The position numbers and the translations under genes were made by a program. The notes beneath the pieces were generated by a model. That model ran no database searches, was not told where the DNA came from, and saw nothing but the letters and a program-made list of their open reading frames with translations. Of a stretch of DNA of 64,000 nt, positions 24,315-37,687 are shown piece after piece. The stretch is from contig NC_043002.1 in the NCBI RefSeq assembly GCF_006345805.1, positions 98,704,001-98,768,000 on the forward strand, written 5' to 3'. Numbering within the stretch: the first letter of the stretch is position 1; every line of letters starts with the position of its first letter. Origin of the DNA: Octopus sinensis. Its lineage: Eukaryota.

Positions 24315-24889
24315 GGTAGACAGAGACAAAGAAGGTAGAAAGAGTCGATAAAAGAGAAAAAGAAAAACTAAGGGAGCACTTTTCATTGTATAATGCATTA
24401 TATACATGAACACGGACAAATGTGTGTGTGTTGAGGGTGTGTGTGTACGTGTGTTTGTGAGAATGTGTGTGTGTGCGTGAGTTTGTGTGTGCGTGTGTAT
24501 ACTCTTCCAGCATAAAGTTGCATTGAACTCTTTTATGCTTTTGTATCACATGAGCAAAAACCACACACAGATACACACACGACCACACACACACACACAC
24601 ACACATACATGCACACACATGCAGACGCGCACACATGCCTCACTCACATAATTTTGTGCATTTACTCAGTGTGTAAATTGATCACTACTTCAACAAGTGT
24701 AACGGAGTCCATGTTTCACTGACGAGGTCATTAGACCGAAACATTCCTAGGGTTATCTCCCATGCCTGTCAGGCTTATAGGAACGATATTAGTAATTTAC
24801 TAAAATCGTATTTCTTTCGAATCAGCTCAATAATCCTCCACCCATTAAATATGTTTCCAGTAACTTAACTACAAGTAATATTTTATTCT

Positions 24890-25135
24890 TTTAGCCGTTG
24901 CTTGTTTCAGTCATTGGACTGCGGCCACAGCGGGGCGCCGTCTCAAAGCGTTTTAGTCCAAGATATTGACTCCTACTCCAGTATTTATCTTAAAAGCCTG
25001 GTACATATACTATTGGCCAGTTTTACCGAACCGCAAAGTTGAGGCAACTTAAACAAACCAACACCTGTTATCAACCAGAACAAACACAAAGGTGCCATGC
25101 AGTGGGACTGAACCCACAAATGTATATAAACATGT

Positions 25136-25167
<32 letters not shown>

Positions 25168-25372
25168 GTGTGTGTGTGTACGTATATATCTATGTGTGTA
25201 TATATACGTATGTTTGTGTGTGTGTACGTACGATGAGCGTCTTTCAGTTTCCGTCTACTAAATCCACTCACAAGACTTTGATCGAGCCGGGGCTATAGTA
25301 GAAGACATTTGCCCCAGGTGCCACGCAGTGGAACTGAACCCAAGATCATATGATTAGGATGCAAGCTTCTAA
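24890..25372 (-). mobile_element. SINE family A, diverged
   Basis: Recognisable tail (TTGTTTCAGTCATTGGACTGCGGCC) and head segments in reverse. Confidence 0.7.
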
Positions 25373-26155
25373 CTACATAGACATGCCCGCACTTATACAT
25401 TTCAAACTGGGAGAAGCTGTTGTGGTATGGAGTAGAAGGACGGCGTATCTTTTTGGCTAAAACGCTATCTTGTAGAGAGCGATGCTTCTGATGGCATCCA
25501 GATAAAATAAAAATAAAAACAAACATCTCTTCATTTAGTCCCATAATCAGAAAACATCTCTTTCCTACCCATATGCAAACTAATACAGTTCTCTCACAGC
25601 TGTTTTGCTGTATCTTTCTACCCGTGTCTCTCTTTTCTTCTCTCCTCCATCTCTCTGTCTCTCCTTCACCTCCCTGACTTTCTCTATCTTTCTGTCCCTC
25701 TCTCTGACGAAAGTTTCTTCTTGGAAAGTCAGTCTTTTTCTTTGCTGAAAGAGCAAATCAATCTATTCCTTTGAAGTGTTTATAATCTCTAATTACCGAC
25801 ACAGTCTATCACTGTTTACCTCCGATCTTACTGTTTACTTACTTGATATAATTTCACATCCCTCATACTTTCTGTCTCTCCGTATTATTGCATTAGTGTC
25901 CTGTTATTATTTGACAATCAAACAAAATGTTCATTAACTTTAATAAAAATCGTTGTCATTGAAAGCGAAATGAAAAAAATAAAAAATTAAAGAAAAAACA
26001 TAAAATCCCACTTCAGCATCCCAAAATAATGGGAATAGGGAAAATAAATGCGTATGTAGAGAGTTAATCTATGAATAAACTAAAACACACACAAATACAG
26101 CGCTATTAATAATTATCTATGTACCTATTCACTTAAATTCGCACGTGTGTACATG

Positions 26156-26203
<48 letters not shown>

Positions 26204-26455
26204 AACTGGATGACAGAGTACTTAGCATCAGAAAGGGAGATAATGAACTCCTTCAAAGAATTTATGTTAATTAAGACAACAATTATAAAACCAGAATTAG
26301 AATCTCAAAGAACGCTTGGATGAATAATTGTGGACTTTCGTCGGCATGAAACCTTAGGTTTTATGAGATTATCAAGATCCATTACAAAAACCACACACAC
26401 ACTCATACACATATATATATCTGCATCTATGTATGTGTGTATGTATATGTATGTT

Positions 26456-26488
<33 letters not shown>

Positions 26489-27943
26489 ATATGTGTCTAT
26501 GCATGTGTGTCTCTATGTGTATTTGAGAATAAACTGAAGTAATTTCTGAAATATTCTGTAACATGGAGATCTTTAGAAGCAAGATTCAACGTGTATGTGT
26601 GCGTTCGTGTGTGTGTGTGTATGTAATAAAATATATGTGTGTATGTGAATGTGCGTGCGTTGACAAATTGGGAAGCAAATATGGCGTCTTTGTGGCAATA
26701 CTGTTTTCAGAGCTGTCTCCTGTATCAAGTAAGACGTTGGTGAAGTTAGACAAGATCCTTGTAGATAAGGAGCCAGAATGCAAGGCTTCAGATGGTAATA
26801 AATATCAACTTACAGACTATATGATGCACAAGAGAAGGCATCTTTTCCTTTCTTGCCACAAATTTAGTCAACATAAAAAAACAAACAAACACAGAAATCA
26901 ATATACGTGGTACAGCATTTCTTGGGCGAAAATATCCAGAACAAATTTATGAAACCAATTCTTTCAAGAAGAAATATTTCGTAATTATCTCCCTTGCCAA
27001 CATTCATCTGAGAGAACATTTAACAGTAAAAAAACAATCATCAATAACAACAATCAATCGTACAAAGAAGACATGCTATGTCTTTCTTTTATATAGTTTT
27101 TTTTTTAATAAATATTTTTATAGTCATTTCGCCTTGGGCCACAACAGTTCGTTCAGTTGTACGTCGGCAATTTCCGGTATCTGGGTCCAAGTTCATTATA
27201 ATGTTTATTCCCATGGACTTTTTCATATGACCCTCATTTGTTTCTTTTTTTTTTAATAAATATCGTTTTTTTTTGTATTTGTTTTGTTGATTTGGTGATA
27301 TAGGGCGAGAGCGATAGAAAACATCAGTTTTAAAACTGATGTTTAATCAACTCAAAGAAGCAACGTTGAGGTTGTTTAGTCTGACGCGTTTACTAGTCAG
27401 CCAGCACCCGGTGTCTGCTTAAGAAACCATTACATTTTGTATTATCTACATTGTTATAAAATTTATAAATACATACATAAATAAATAATAAATGAATAAA
27501 TAAAAATATGTAATTAAATACACGTCTGTATTTATTTTATTTTTGCATATCTTTTACTGGTTTCAGTCATTGGAGAACATCCATGCTAGTGAAGTCCTTT
27601 GATTCCTGTTTTACTCTACAGGACTCCCTATAGCCATTTGATGTTTAAATAGAATCCTACTGCATTTTTATAATTAAAGGAATTGTATAAAAGAATTGTT
27701 AAAATATTTTGTGTTTGTAAGAAGTATTATTAATTTGATGCACATAACTTTTAACGACAAAATCTTATATGGACACCCAAGGATCATATGGACCCCAAAG
27801 GGTCATATGCCCTCCCCCCACCAAGGGCTATTTGGACTCCAGTTGAGAACCACTGGTTTCGACTATCCTATCGACCTATTACATATTTCAATCTGGTTCT
27901 TAGTTGATAGACTTCTGACAACCGGGCACAAGTCGACACTTGT

Positions 27944-28000
<57 letters not shown>

Positions 28001-28010
28001 CACACACACA

Positions 28011-28272
28011 CAGAGGGTGTGATGAAGATGAATAAACTGTCGTCTAAATTACGCAAAAATGAAAATAATACTGACGTCTTATTTTAACAAATATATTTAC
28101 CAAAATTACATAAAAATATCTTGAAATTCTAATGAGTAAATTTATTCAATAAAACTGCCATTGACTTCAACCACGGCCTCCAGACGACTTCGGAATCTCC
28201 TTCAAATCTTCTGGACCGTCTCCCTGTTTAAGTTGATGAATGCTGCCATAATCCTTGCCTTCAGTTCATCTT
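28011..28272 (-). mobile_element. 3' fragment of a DD37D (maT)-type element
   Basis: Reverse strand encodes DELKARIMAAFINLNRETVQK...RSRLEAVVEVNGSFIE; matches 4780-5035. Confidence 0.75.
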
Positions 28273-28508
28273 AGCTTTATTTGCTTCGAGATTCGTTGTT
28301 CCAAATAGCTTTATTTGCTTCGAGATTCGTTGTTCCAAAATGAATTATTTCACTTTCACGAAATTTCTAAATTCCTATGATATACCAACAATATATACCT
28401 TTTAGGAGTTCCGGTCATTTGAATTAAGATATGCTGGGATACCAACTTGAAGTGATTTTCTTTTAAGATCATCGTTTCCATCTTGTCTTTATTTCTATAT
28501 ACTCTTCA

Positions 28509-28742
28509 CTCTCTTTTACTCTTTTACTTGTTTCAGTCATTTGACTGCAGCCATGCTGGAGCACCGCCTTTAGTCGAGCAAATCGACCCCAGGACTTTAT
28601 TCTTTGTAGGCCTAGTACTTATTCTATCGGTCTCTTTTGCCGAACCGCTAAGTTACGGGAACGTAAACACACCAGCATCGGTTGTCAAGCGATGTTGGGG
28701 GGGGGGGAAACACAGACACACAAACACACACACACACTCACT

Positions 28743-28774
<32 letters not shown>

Positions 28775-28961
28775 CGCATACACACACATATATACATATA
28801 TACGACGGACTTTTTTCAGTTTTCGTCTACCAAATCCACTCACAAGGCTTTGGTCGGTCCGAGGCTATAGTAGAAGACACTTGCCCAAAGTGCCACGCAG
28901 TGGGACTGAACCCGGAGCCATGTGGTTGGTAAGCAAGCTACTTACCACACAGCCACTCCTG
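28509..28961 (-). mobile_element. SINE family A, full length
   Basis: Complete reverse-complement copy. Confidence 0.9.
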
Positions 28962-29644
28962 AATATTGATAATTATTTTATCGATCATTTGTTCCAATAA
29001 CTAAATTATACAACACCGATTTACACATACATACATACATACATACATACATACATTTTCAAACATGCGTACGCATAATGTAAGCAAATGGGCTTCAGCA
29101 CAGTTTTGCTCACCCTAAGTATACATACAGAGAACATGATGTCGTGCAGTGGCATTGTATCTGAAAACCACAAGATTGCTTAAACACATCAATTAATTTA
29201 TGTTCGTCGTAGCTTTTCTTGTAAGAATGAAAGGCAATACAGAATACAAATGAATAATGGGATGGAATGCAAAAGAAATAATATAAATATTCTCTAGAAT
29301 CTTCATATTTTGTTTTCTTTTCATATTCCTATATCGAAAAGAATGTATATATTACTAAAGCAGAGTTTAAATAATATGCACCTGCTCGTATCGTTTATCA
29401 ATAACGTTTACTGATGCTACACACTCGCTTACACACATATATACACACACACAGCAGACACACGCATACTCTAACACGTTCACATTTTCACTCATGCCTA
29501 CACATACACACACACACACACACATACATGTGCTCACACATTTTCTCAAGCACAAATATATGCACATACACAACTATTAAAATGTTTAACAAAAGCCATC
29601 TTAATACTGATGAATATTCTTTGTACACATTGTCAACAATTATT

Positions 29645-30054
29645 GACGTAGGAGTGGCTGTGTGGTAAGTAGCTTGCTTACCAACCACATGGTTCCAGGT
29701 TCAGTCCCACTGCGTGGCACCTTGGGCAAGTGTCTTCTACTATAGCCTTGAGCCGACCAAAGCCTTGCGAGTGGATTTGGTAGACGGAAACTGAAAGAGG
29801 CACGTCGTACATATGTATAAATATATAAGTATGTGTTTGTATGTCTGTGTTTGTCCCCTCCCCAATATCACTTGACAACCGATGCTGGCGTGTTTACGTC
29901 CCCGTAACTTAGCGGTTCGGCAAATAAGTACCGATAGAATAAGTACTAGGCTTACAAAGAATAAGTTTTTGGGTCGATTTGCTCGACTAAAGGCGGTGCT
30001 CCAGCATGGCTACAGTCAAATGACTGAAACAAGCAACAGAGTAAAAGAGTAAAG
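29645..30054 (+). mobile_element. SINE family A, full length
   Basis: Complete copy. Confidence 0.9.
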
Positions 30055-30650
30055 CCACAAATTTACACATGACCGCCTATGATAACTGGTACTTATCAAT
30101 TCCTGCAGCCTGTTCGAATTGTTACCGTAGCGGATAAAATGTTTAGCAGCATCTCTTTCGACTTGGATTCTTTCTGAGTTTAACTGCCACTAAGGTCGAC
30201 TTTTGCCTTTCATCCTTTCGGGGTCCATAAAATAAGTACCAGCTGAACACCGGAACTGATGTAATTGACCTCCTCCTCCTCCTCCTCCTCCTACCTCAAA
30301 ATTGCGGGCCTTGTGCTAAAATTAGAAAGAGCTATCGATTTCCCAAGGGACATGCAAAGCAATTTCAAACATGAGGAGATCGGGGCTGAAAGAGTAAAGA
30401 GACAATCATACACACACACACGCACGCGCGCACACACACGCACGCGCGCACACACACGCACGCGCGCACACACACGCACACACACACACACACACACCCG
30501 TACCCGCCAACACGCCCGCCAGCACGCCGCACGCCCACACGACTACCCACCCGCCCGACCGCCCACACGACCGCCTGACCGCTCGACCACCCACCCACAC
30601 ACACACACACACGCACACGAGCATACACATACATTGCTGCGTTACTTAAT

Positions 30651-30837
30651 GTCGTATTTCGTCTACCGTTACGTTCCGAGTTCAAATTCCGCCGAGGTCG
30701 ACTTTGCGTTTCATCCTTTCGGGGTCGATAAATTAAGTACCAGTTGCGCACTGGGGTCGATATAATCGACTTAAATTCGTTTGTCTGTTCTTGTTTGTCC
30801 CCTCTATGTTTAGCCCCTTGTGGGTAGTAAAGAAACA
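30651..30837 (+). mobile_element. SINE family C, lacking the start of the head
   Basis: GAGTTCAAATTCC B box, then GCCGAGGTCGACTTTGCGTTTCATCCTTTCGGGGTCGATAAATTAAGTACCAG central domain and TTTAGCCCCTTGTGGG tail. Confidence 0.85.
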
Positions 30838-31001
30838 TATATACTCTACGTTACTTAATGTCGCAGGAGCGATAAAAGTGTACGCAATACATATCACAGA
30901 GGATATAGTTTTTTTCGTAAATTATAACTGAAGCTGAGAGTTTACCTGATCCCACGCCCGCGCGCACACAAACACCCGCACGCACGCACGCACACACGCA
31001 G

Positions 31002-31033
<32 letters not shown>

Positions 31034-31800
31034 CGCACGCACACATAGCACCAAAATTGTGAAACCTTTGAAACGCGTACTCTATAGATGTGCGACCGAT
31101 AGTGTTTACAATATTCGAGTTGCTTTTAATTCGAAATTCAGCAACTTGGAAGCTTGGTTGGTTGGCCGGTTCGAGAATGGGAGTCTTGGTAGTCGGTCTT
31201 CTATGACAATTGGGTGTCCGCGCTAAGCTCGGCATCAATATGGTGCTGAAGAGGGAGCTCATCAGGACCAGGTGGTCTGAGGAGGGTCGCTTCGGCCCAG
31301 GGCGGATACGCAACAGGCAAAAGACTCTGTGTCGAGCTGTAGTGGGATCGCGCCTGTAAATAGTCGTCGGCTGGCAGCCTATCCGATATAATTGAACTCC
31401 AACCTTTTTAGAAAGAGCCAAAAAAAAGAAAAAGGCGGTGCTCCATCATGGCCACAGTCAAATGAATGAAACAAGTAAAAGAGTAAAAGAGTAAAAGAGT
31501 ATGTGCCACGCTACAGCATATCAGCGAACAGACTTCACAGTATAGGCATATATGTCGTAGACCGGTGATTCAGTACCGTGTAAATGATGCTGAAGAGCGG
31601 TAACGATAGCGAAATATCGATACCTGTCATTCTAGTTTATATCGAGTGCGTTGTCTCGTCACCTCGGCGTCGAGTCGGGAGCTTTTCCAAGATGCTATAC
31701 CATAGCATATAGGTGTATAAACAAAACATATACACTATGTATAATGTATACATATGCACGCACGCACGCTTGCACAGATGAATACGCGCCCGCATATATA

Positions 31801-32028
31801 TTTCTTTACTGCCCACAAGGGGCTAAACACAGAGGAGACAAACAAGGACAGACAAACGGATTAAGTCGATTACATCGACCCCAGTGCGTAACTGGTACTT
31901 AATTTATCGACCCCGGAAGGATGAAAGGCAAAGTCGACTTCGGCGGAATTTGAACTCGGAACGTAACGGCAGACGAAATACGGCAACGCATTTCGCCCGG
32001 CGTGCTAACGTTTCTGCCAGCTCGCTGC
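31801..32028 (-). mobile_element. SINE family C, full length
   Basis: Reverse complement of the 52488 copy. Confidence 0.88.
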
Positions 32029-32099
32029 ATACAGACACACGCACATACACACACACATGCACACGTACACGCACGCACAGACACACACACACATACATT

Positions 32100-32320
32100 T
32101 GCGATTGGTTGCAGAAAAGTTCCTGGCTTTGGGTAAAAGAAAATACAGGAGGATCCATTAATTATGATTTTATCCAACATATTCCCCTCTCAGATTCACG
32201 CACTTATTGCGGTGGTTCTTCAGTTCTTTTAGGCACAGTAAATGAACTCGGAAGGTTGGGCCCCCAACCAGGCCTTTCGCAACACCTTTAAAGCCAGGAA
32301 CTTTTCAGTAGCCCCTTGTG
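32100..32320. mobile_element. mariner-type MITE
   Basis: Inverted AAAAGTTCCTGGCTTT motif near both ends; second copy at 43963-44294. Confidence 0.7.
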
Positions 32321-33664
32321 TTTATTTGTTATATGCGTCGTGGGTATGACATCAAACTGCATCCCGTGAGAAGGTTCCACTTAGGGAACTCTGGAGTTGT
32401 AGGGAGCGTGGACTTGTCTCTTAATTATTACTGTACTCGGATATGTTCGCACCCGGAACGGTAGTACCAATCAGGGTCCCAACTATGGATAGATAGATTT
32501 CCTAGAGGTAGAAGAGGTTTCCATTACTTTTGACAAAGCCATGGGGAAGGCAGCTCTTTTTTGAGAAAGATACACCGACATAAAACTTGTAATCAAAAGA
32601 GTACCAGTCATCTTGCAATACTTGTCACTGGAATCCATAATAGCAGCCGAGAGAGTGGCAGAAGTATTGTACAAGCTTTTGTCACTTATTCAATGATGCA
32701 CAGATGTCTCACTATCATTTCATTTCTTGATCCGTTTGTATTTTATAACGTGCAAAACGCCCCCCGTCCAATGGACGGTGCTGAGCTGTCAAACATTTAA
32801 ACCAAATTTTCTCAAAACAACTTGTCCGACCGTCCCATAGGCCTTCCCTTTAAGAAACACTGATTTAACCTAAATTTGAGACACCAGCAAAAGAAGAAAT
32901 AACGATAGACTTTTTTCTATTCCAAAGAAAAAACGATTTTATTCACACAAATATGCAACCGAAGAGTTTAAAGTACCAATAATGATAAGGCTGTTGACTG
33001 GGAGAACACAAACATGGTTTAAACAGTAAGCTTGGCAGGAAAGAAACGTGCCTTTAAGCAGTACAAAAACAACATAAAATGGAAGGTGCAGTTATGTACA
33101 GGTTGACGGAAGAAAAGCAGGACAAAAATGGGATGGAGGATGCCCGAGATCCTAGAAAACACACAGACAGACAGACAGAACGGATTTTATATAATAGATA
33201 TATTACGGAGATGTACTTGCATAGGAAGTGACTTCTTCCGAGATCGTGTGCTGAAGATGATCGCGTGGAAGATGTTCGTAAGCCATTCAAAATCACACAA
33301 AAACCGTTAGTTTCACTTCAACATTTAGCTTTCATTTGTGTCAAAATATTTTCGTCGCTTTAAAACCGTGGCTTGTTTATTGACAAAACTTCGTGCTGCA
33401 TTTCAAAGTTTTGTCAGTTTTGTCAGTTCGTGGTGTCAAAGCGACGAATATATTTTGACACGACTGAAATTTAAATGTAGAAGTGAAACTAACGGCGTTT
33501 GTGTTTTCTTAAATGGCTTACAAACATCTTCCACGCAGATATATATATATATATATATATATGTACAGGTATGTCATATTTTCCGTTTGGTTTCTTTTTA
33601 TTTAATCCTGAATATATCATTTATGTAACGCATGTACTCATTAATTTTTTTTTACCTATATATA

Positions 33665-34061
33665 TCTTTATATATAAAAGAGAGGTTGTGTGTCTGTCTC
33701 CTACGATTTAGATTCCTAACTACTCCCACATTTTGTGGTGCAGTTTAACCAAAACCGGGTATCTTATAGTCGTGATTCATATCGAGCCCTTCTGGGTATT
33801 AGCGCGCGTCTACGATGAGTCTACGGTTTTAAAAATAATTTACCATCTTTTTTTCCATTTTAATGCATTTTTTTCGCTATTATATAAGGGAAGTAACTCT
33901 CTAAAAATGTCTACGATGAGTCAACGATTAAAAAAAAAATTACCATAATTTCTTTTCCATTTTTAATGCATTTTTTTGCTATTTTTTGGCTATAACTCTC
34001 TAAAAATGCTTATATAGTTATTTCCCTTACAAACCAGTGCAACGCCGGGCGATACTGCTAG
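33665..34061 (+). mobile_element. Non-autonomous Helitron (~397 bp)
   Basis: A|TC 5' end (TCTTTATATATAAAAG), 3' CTAG|T preceded by a GC-rich hairpin remnant, no TSD, internal subrepeats. Nearly identical to 42013-42408. Confidence 0.88.
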
Positions 34062-34088
34062 TATATATATATATATATATTATATATA

Positions 34089-34123
<35 letters not shown>

Positions 34124-34510
34124 CTAGCAGTATCGCCCGGCGTTGCTCGGGTTTGTTTCGATCCGCTGGAATTGGAATTTTTGAAAAGTAAAAATTTTGC
34201 ATTATGTAGCTTGTTATTCTCTTCGAGTGAACATTTTTCTGGTTGAAATACACCGAAAAGTGGCGACACAGCAGTGAAAAAATCGTAAAAAATAGGGATT
34301 TTCATAGAAAAAAGCACCTTTTTGATGTATATAATTTTGGTATTAACATGGTCCGATTTGAATTTTATCTTCTACGGAAGGAAGAGCAACCCTTCTATCA
34401 TACTCTCAATTTTGGTCAACTTGCGCCGCAGGGTCTCAGAGGAGATAGTGTTAGTTGAAGGCTACCAAACCTGCCGCACACAGACAACTTCAGCTTTATA
34501 TAGAGAGAGA
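34124..34510 (-). mobile_element. Non-autonomous Helitron (~387 bp, different body)
   Basis: Minus strand A|TCTCTCTCTATATAAAGC...CCCGAGCAACGCCGGGCGATACTGCTAG|T. Confidence 0.88.
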
Positions 34511-34770
34511 TAACACACACACATTAATACACATACATACACATACACACACACATGTATGTATGTATGGATGTATGTATGTATATATGTACATCTGTCC
34601 ACTTCTTGCCATATTTTTATCCTTCACTTCCTACACACACACACACACACACACACACACGAACACACACACACTCACACACCACACCACACATACACAC
34701 AGACACACACACACACGCACGCACACATACACACACACCTTCTTAGCTTACAATTTCTTTCTTTCAACAA

Positions 34771-35197
34771 TTAGCAACTGAAGTACGCTCGCCAATGAAT
34801 ACTACCAAAAGTTAGCGACAAATCTCTGTTTCCTTCTTTATTTTGAGGATTGGTTTAAGCATTAATAAGAGGAAGTAGCAGAATGTGTGATGTTGAATAA
34901 GAGTTGCAGAAAGAGGATATGATAGTGGTATACACTTGCAAAGAGAAAGTAGGAGAAAGTGTGGTAATAGCAGGAGTAAAGCATTTGAAATGAGAGAGGC
35001 AAATCGTAAAATATTGAGTTTTCTCGAATTTTTGCTTAATTGGGGGTGAAATTGAAAAAATGTATAAGCCATAATCCAATCGAATCTACTTCGAAAAATC
35101 ATAGGTAAATTGCAATTGAAGAAATTCTATATTGTACAATTGTATTAAAAACAAACATAGTCAGAGGCAGAGAAAATCTGCCTTTTATCATAAGAGA
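34771..35197 (-). mobile_element. Possible older non-autonomous Helitron
   Basis: Minus strand A|TCTCTTATGATAAAAGG...CTAA|T; subterminal hairpin degenerate. Confidence 0.45.
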
Positions 35198-35206
35198 TAT
35201 AATATA

Positions 35207-35238
<32 letters not shown>

Positions 35239-35560
35239 GAGAGAGAGATTTCTGTAACGTACCATCCACCCAATTGCACTGAAGCCTTCAGTCGCTTCCC
35301 GCAGCTATAGTGGAAAACATACTCGCCTAAGGAAATGCGTTTTATGTTTGTAAATGACTGTGTAGTTAAGAAACTAGCTTTGCAATCCCGTAGTTTCGGG
35401 TTCAGTTCAGATGTGTGGCACCTCGACCGAGCGTCTTCTAATATAGTCCGGGGCTGGTCAATGCTTTGTTAAGTGAATTTGGTAGAAAGAAGCTGTGTAG
35501 CAGATAGTTTTCTGCACACATTTATACGTAAATGTGTGTGTGTGTGTGTGTATGTGTGTT

Positions 35561-35611
<51 letters not shown>

Positions 35612-36178
35612 GAGACAGTGAGAGATTTGTTTTGTCCCCAGCACCTTTGTTTACGCGCCTCCATAACTTAACTGTATGACATAAGTGAGTGATAGAATAA
35701 ATATCCCTTCCCCCCAGCAAAATAAAGAATTATTTGGATCGATTTGTTTGATTAAACCCTTCTAGACGGTATCCCAGCATGGCAGGAGTCCTATGATTAA
35801 AACAAGCTAAAGATAAAAGATAAGACATGAATATATTTGTACATAATCTCTGAGCTTTTATCTCTATCACTCATCACCCTCTTTCATTATCTCTGTCCCT
35901 TTCGCTTACTTGTCTTCACTCACTGCCTCTCCAACTCCAGCAGTAGAATAAATCCATTTCTTTATTTAGTTACATACATGAATTAATTACTTCCAGAAAT
36001 AACAATTTCTTTCAAGAAATATTACGATTTAATCCTGTGGAGATATAGAATTATATACAGATGTAACTGAATTCATATATATATATATATATTGATAAAA
36101 ATGGTAAGATAACAAAAGAAAGAAAGAAACTTCGATATTACGTAAGATAGAGGAATTTATCTGATATATGTATATATA

Positions 36179-36226
<48 letters not shown>

Positions 36227-36330
36227 GTATATATATACATACATACAAACATACAAACATACATATATACATACATACCAAAATACATAATACATATATT
36301 TACATACAAATAATTATATTTATGTATGTC

Positions 36331-36378
<48 letters not shown>

Positions 36379-36513
36379 TCATATCATATATATCATTATA
36401 TAAAAGCATAATTATATATATATATATGTGTGTATGTCTGTCTGTGTGTTTGTGTATCGGTGGTACATAGGTATGTACGTGTGTACATATGTATATAAAA
36501 ATATTCTTGGACT

Positions 36514-36558
<45 letters not shown>

Positions 36559-36737
36559 CAAGGGCACACACACATACATACTCACACACTATTTAAAGAT
36601 CATGATTTAATGTTCTAAACATTAAAACGAATATATTTAACAAGGACTCATTGAATACAGGATGCGACATAATCACATCCGATTTAAGAATAATTATGCG
36701 CAATGTACGTTATGTAATCAATAACTTATATATATAT

Positions 36738-36914
36738 AGGCGTAGGAGTGGCTGTGTGATAAGTAGCTTGCTTACGAACCACATGGTTCCGGGTTCAGTC
36801 CCACTGCGTGGCACCTTGGGCAAGTGTCTTCTACTATAGCCTCGGACCGACAAAAGCCTTGTGAGTGGATTTGGTAGACGGAAACTGAAAGCACCTGTCG
36901 TATATATATATTAT

Positions 36915-36951
<37 letters not shown>

Positions 36952-37180
36952 TTATATGTACGTGTGTATATGTTTGTGTGTCTGTGTTTGTCCCCCTAGC
37001 ATTGCTTGACAACCGATGCTGGTGTGTTTACGTTCCCGTCACTTAGCGGTTCGGCAAAAGAGACCGATAGAATAAGTACTGGGCTTACAAAAGAATAAGC
37101 CCTGGGGTCGAGTTGCTCGACTAAAGGCGGTGCACCAGCATGGCCGCAGTCAAATGACTGAAACAAGTAAAAGAGTAAAA
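36738..37180 (+). mobile_element. SINE family A, full length (diverged copy follows at 37253-37655)
   Basis: Complete copy. Confidence 0.9.
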
Positions 37181-37190
37181 TATAAATATA

Positions 37191-37255
<65 letters not shown>

Positions 37256-37687
37256 CGCAAGTGTGGCTGTCTGTTAAGAATCACATGGTTCCGGGTTCAG
37301 TTCCACTGTGTGACACATTGGGCAAGTGTCTTCTACTACAGCCTTGAGGCAATCAAACCTTGTGAGTTGATTTGGTTGGCGGAAACTGAAAGAAACTTGT
37401 ATATATATACATATGTATGTGTGTATGTGTGCATGAGTGTTTATGAGTGTGCGTCTGTGTTTGTCCTCCCCGCCATCGCTTGACAACTGATGCTGGTGTG
37501 TTTATGTCCTCGTAACTTAGCGGTTCAACCAAAAAAAAAATGATAGAATAATTACTAGGCTTACAAAGAATACGTTCTGGGATCGACTAAAATCCTTTAA
37601 GGCGGTGCTCCAGCATGCCCAGAATCAAATGTGTGAAACAAGAAAATAAAAGAACAACACACACACACACACACACGTATACATATA

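Noticed and set aside
25704-25735. CTGACGA...GAAAG motif
   Set aside because: Too degenerate to call; at most an old remnant.
26563-26952. 129-aa ORF downstream of the semaphorin stop
   Set aside because: Starts in a (TG)n tract; no motif or convincing splice sites.
27319-27344. Perfect 26-bp palindrome AAACATCAGTTTTAAAACTGATGTTT
   Set aside because: AT-rich and isolated, with no associated structure.
28272-28339. 34-bp tandem duplication at the end of a maT fragment
   Set aside because: Ordinary local duplication at a breakpoint; no further signal.
31590-31625. CTGAAGA-GC...GC-GAAAT hammerhead-like motif
   Set aside because: Only 2 bp of stem II and no stem I pairing.
32330-32700. Moderately GC-rich segment with short open frames
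   Set aside because: Possibly a LINE ORF1 relic, but no diagnostic motif seen.
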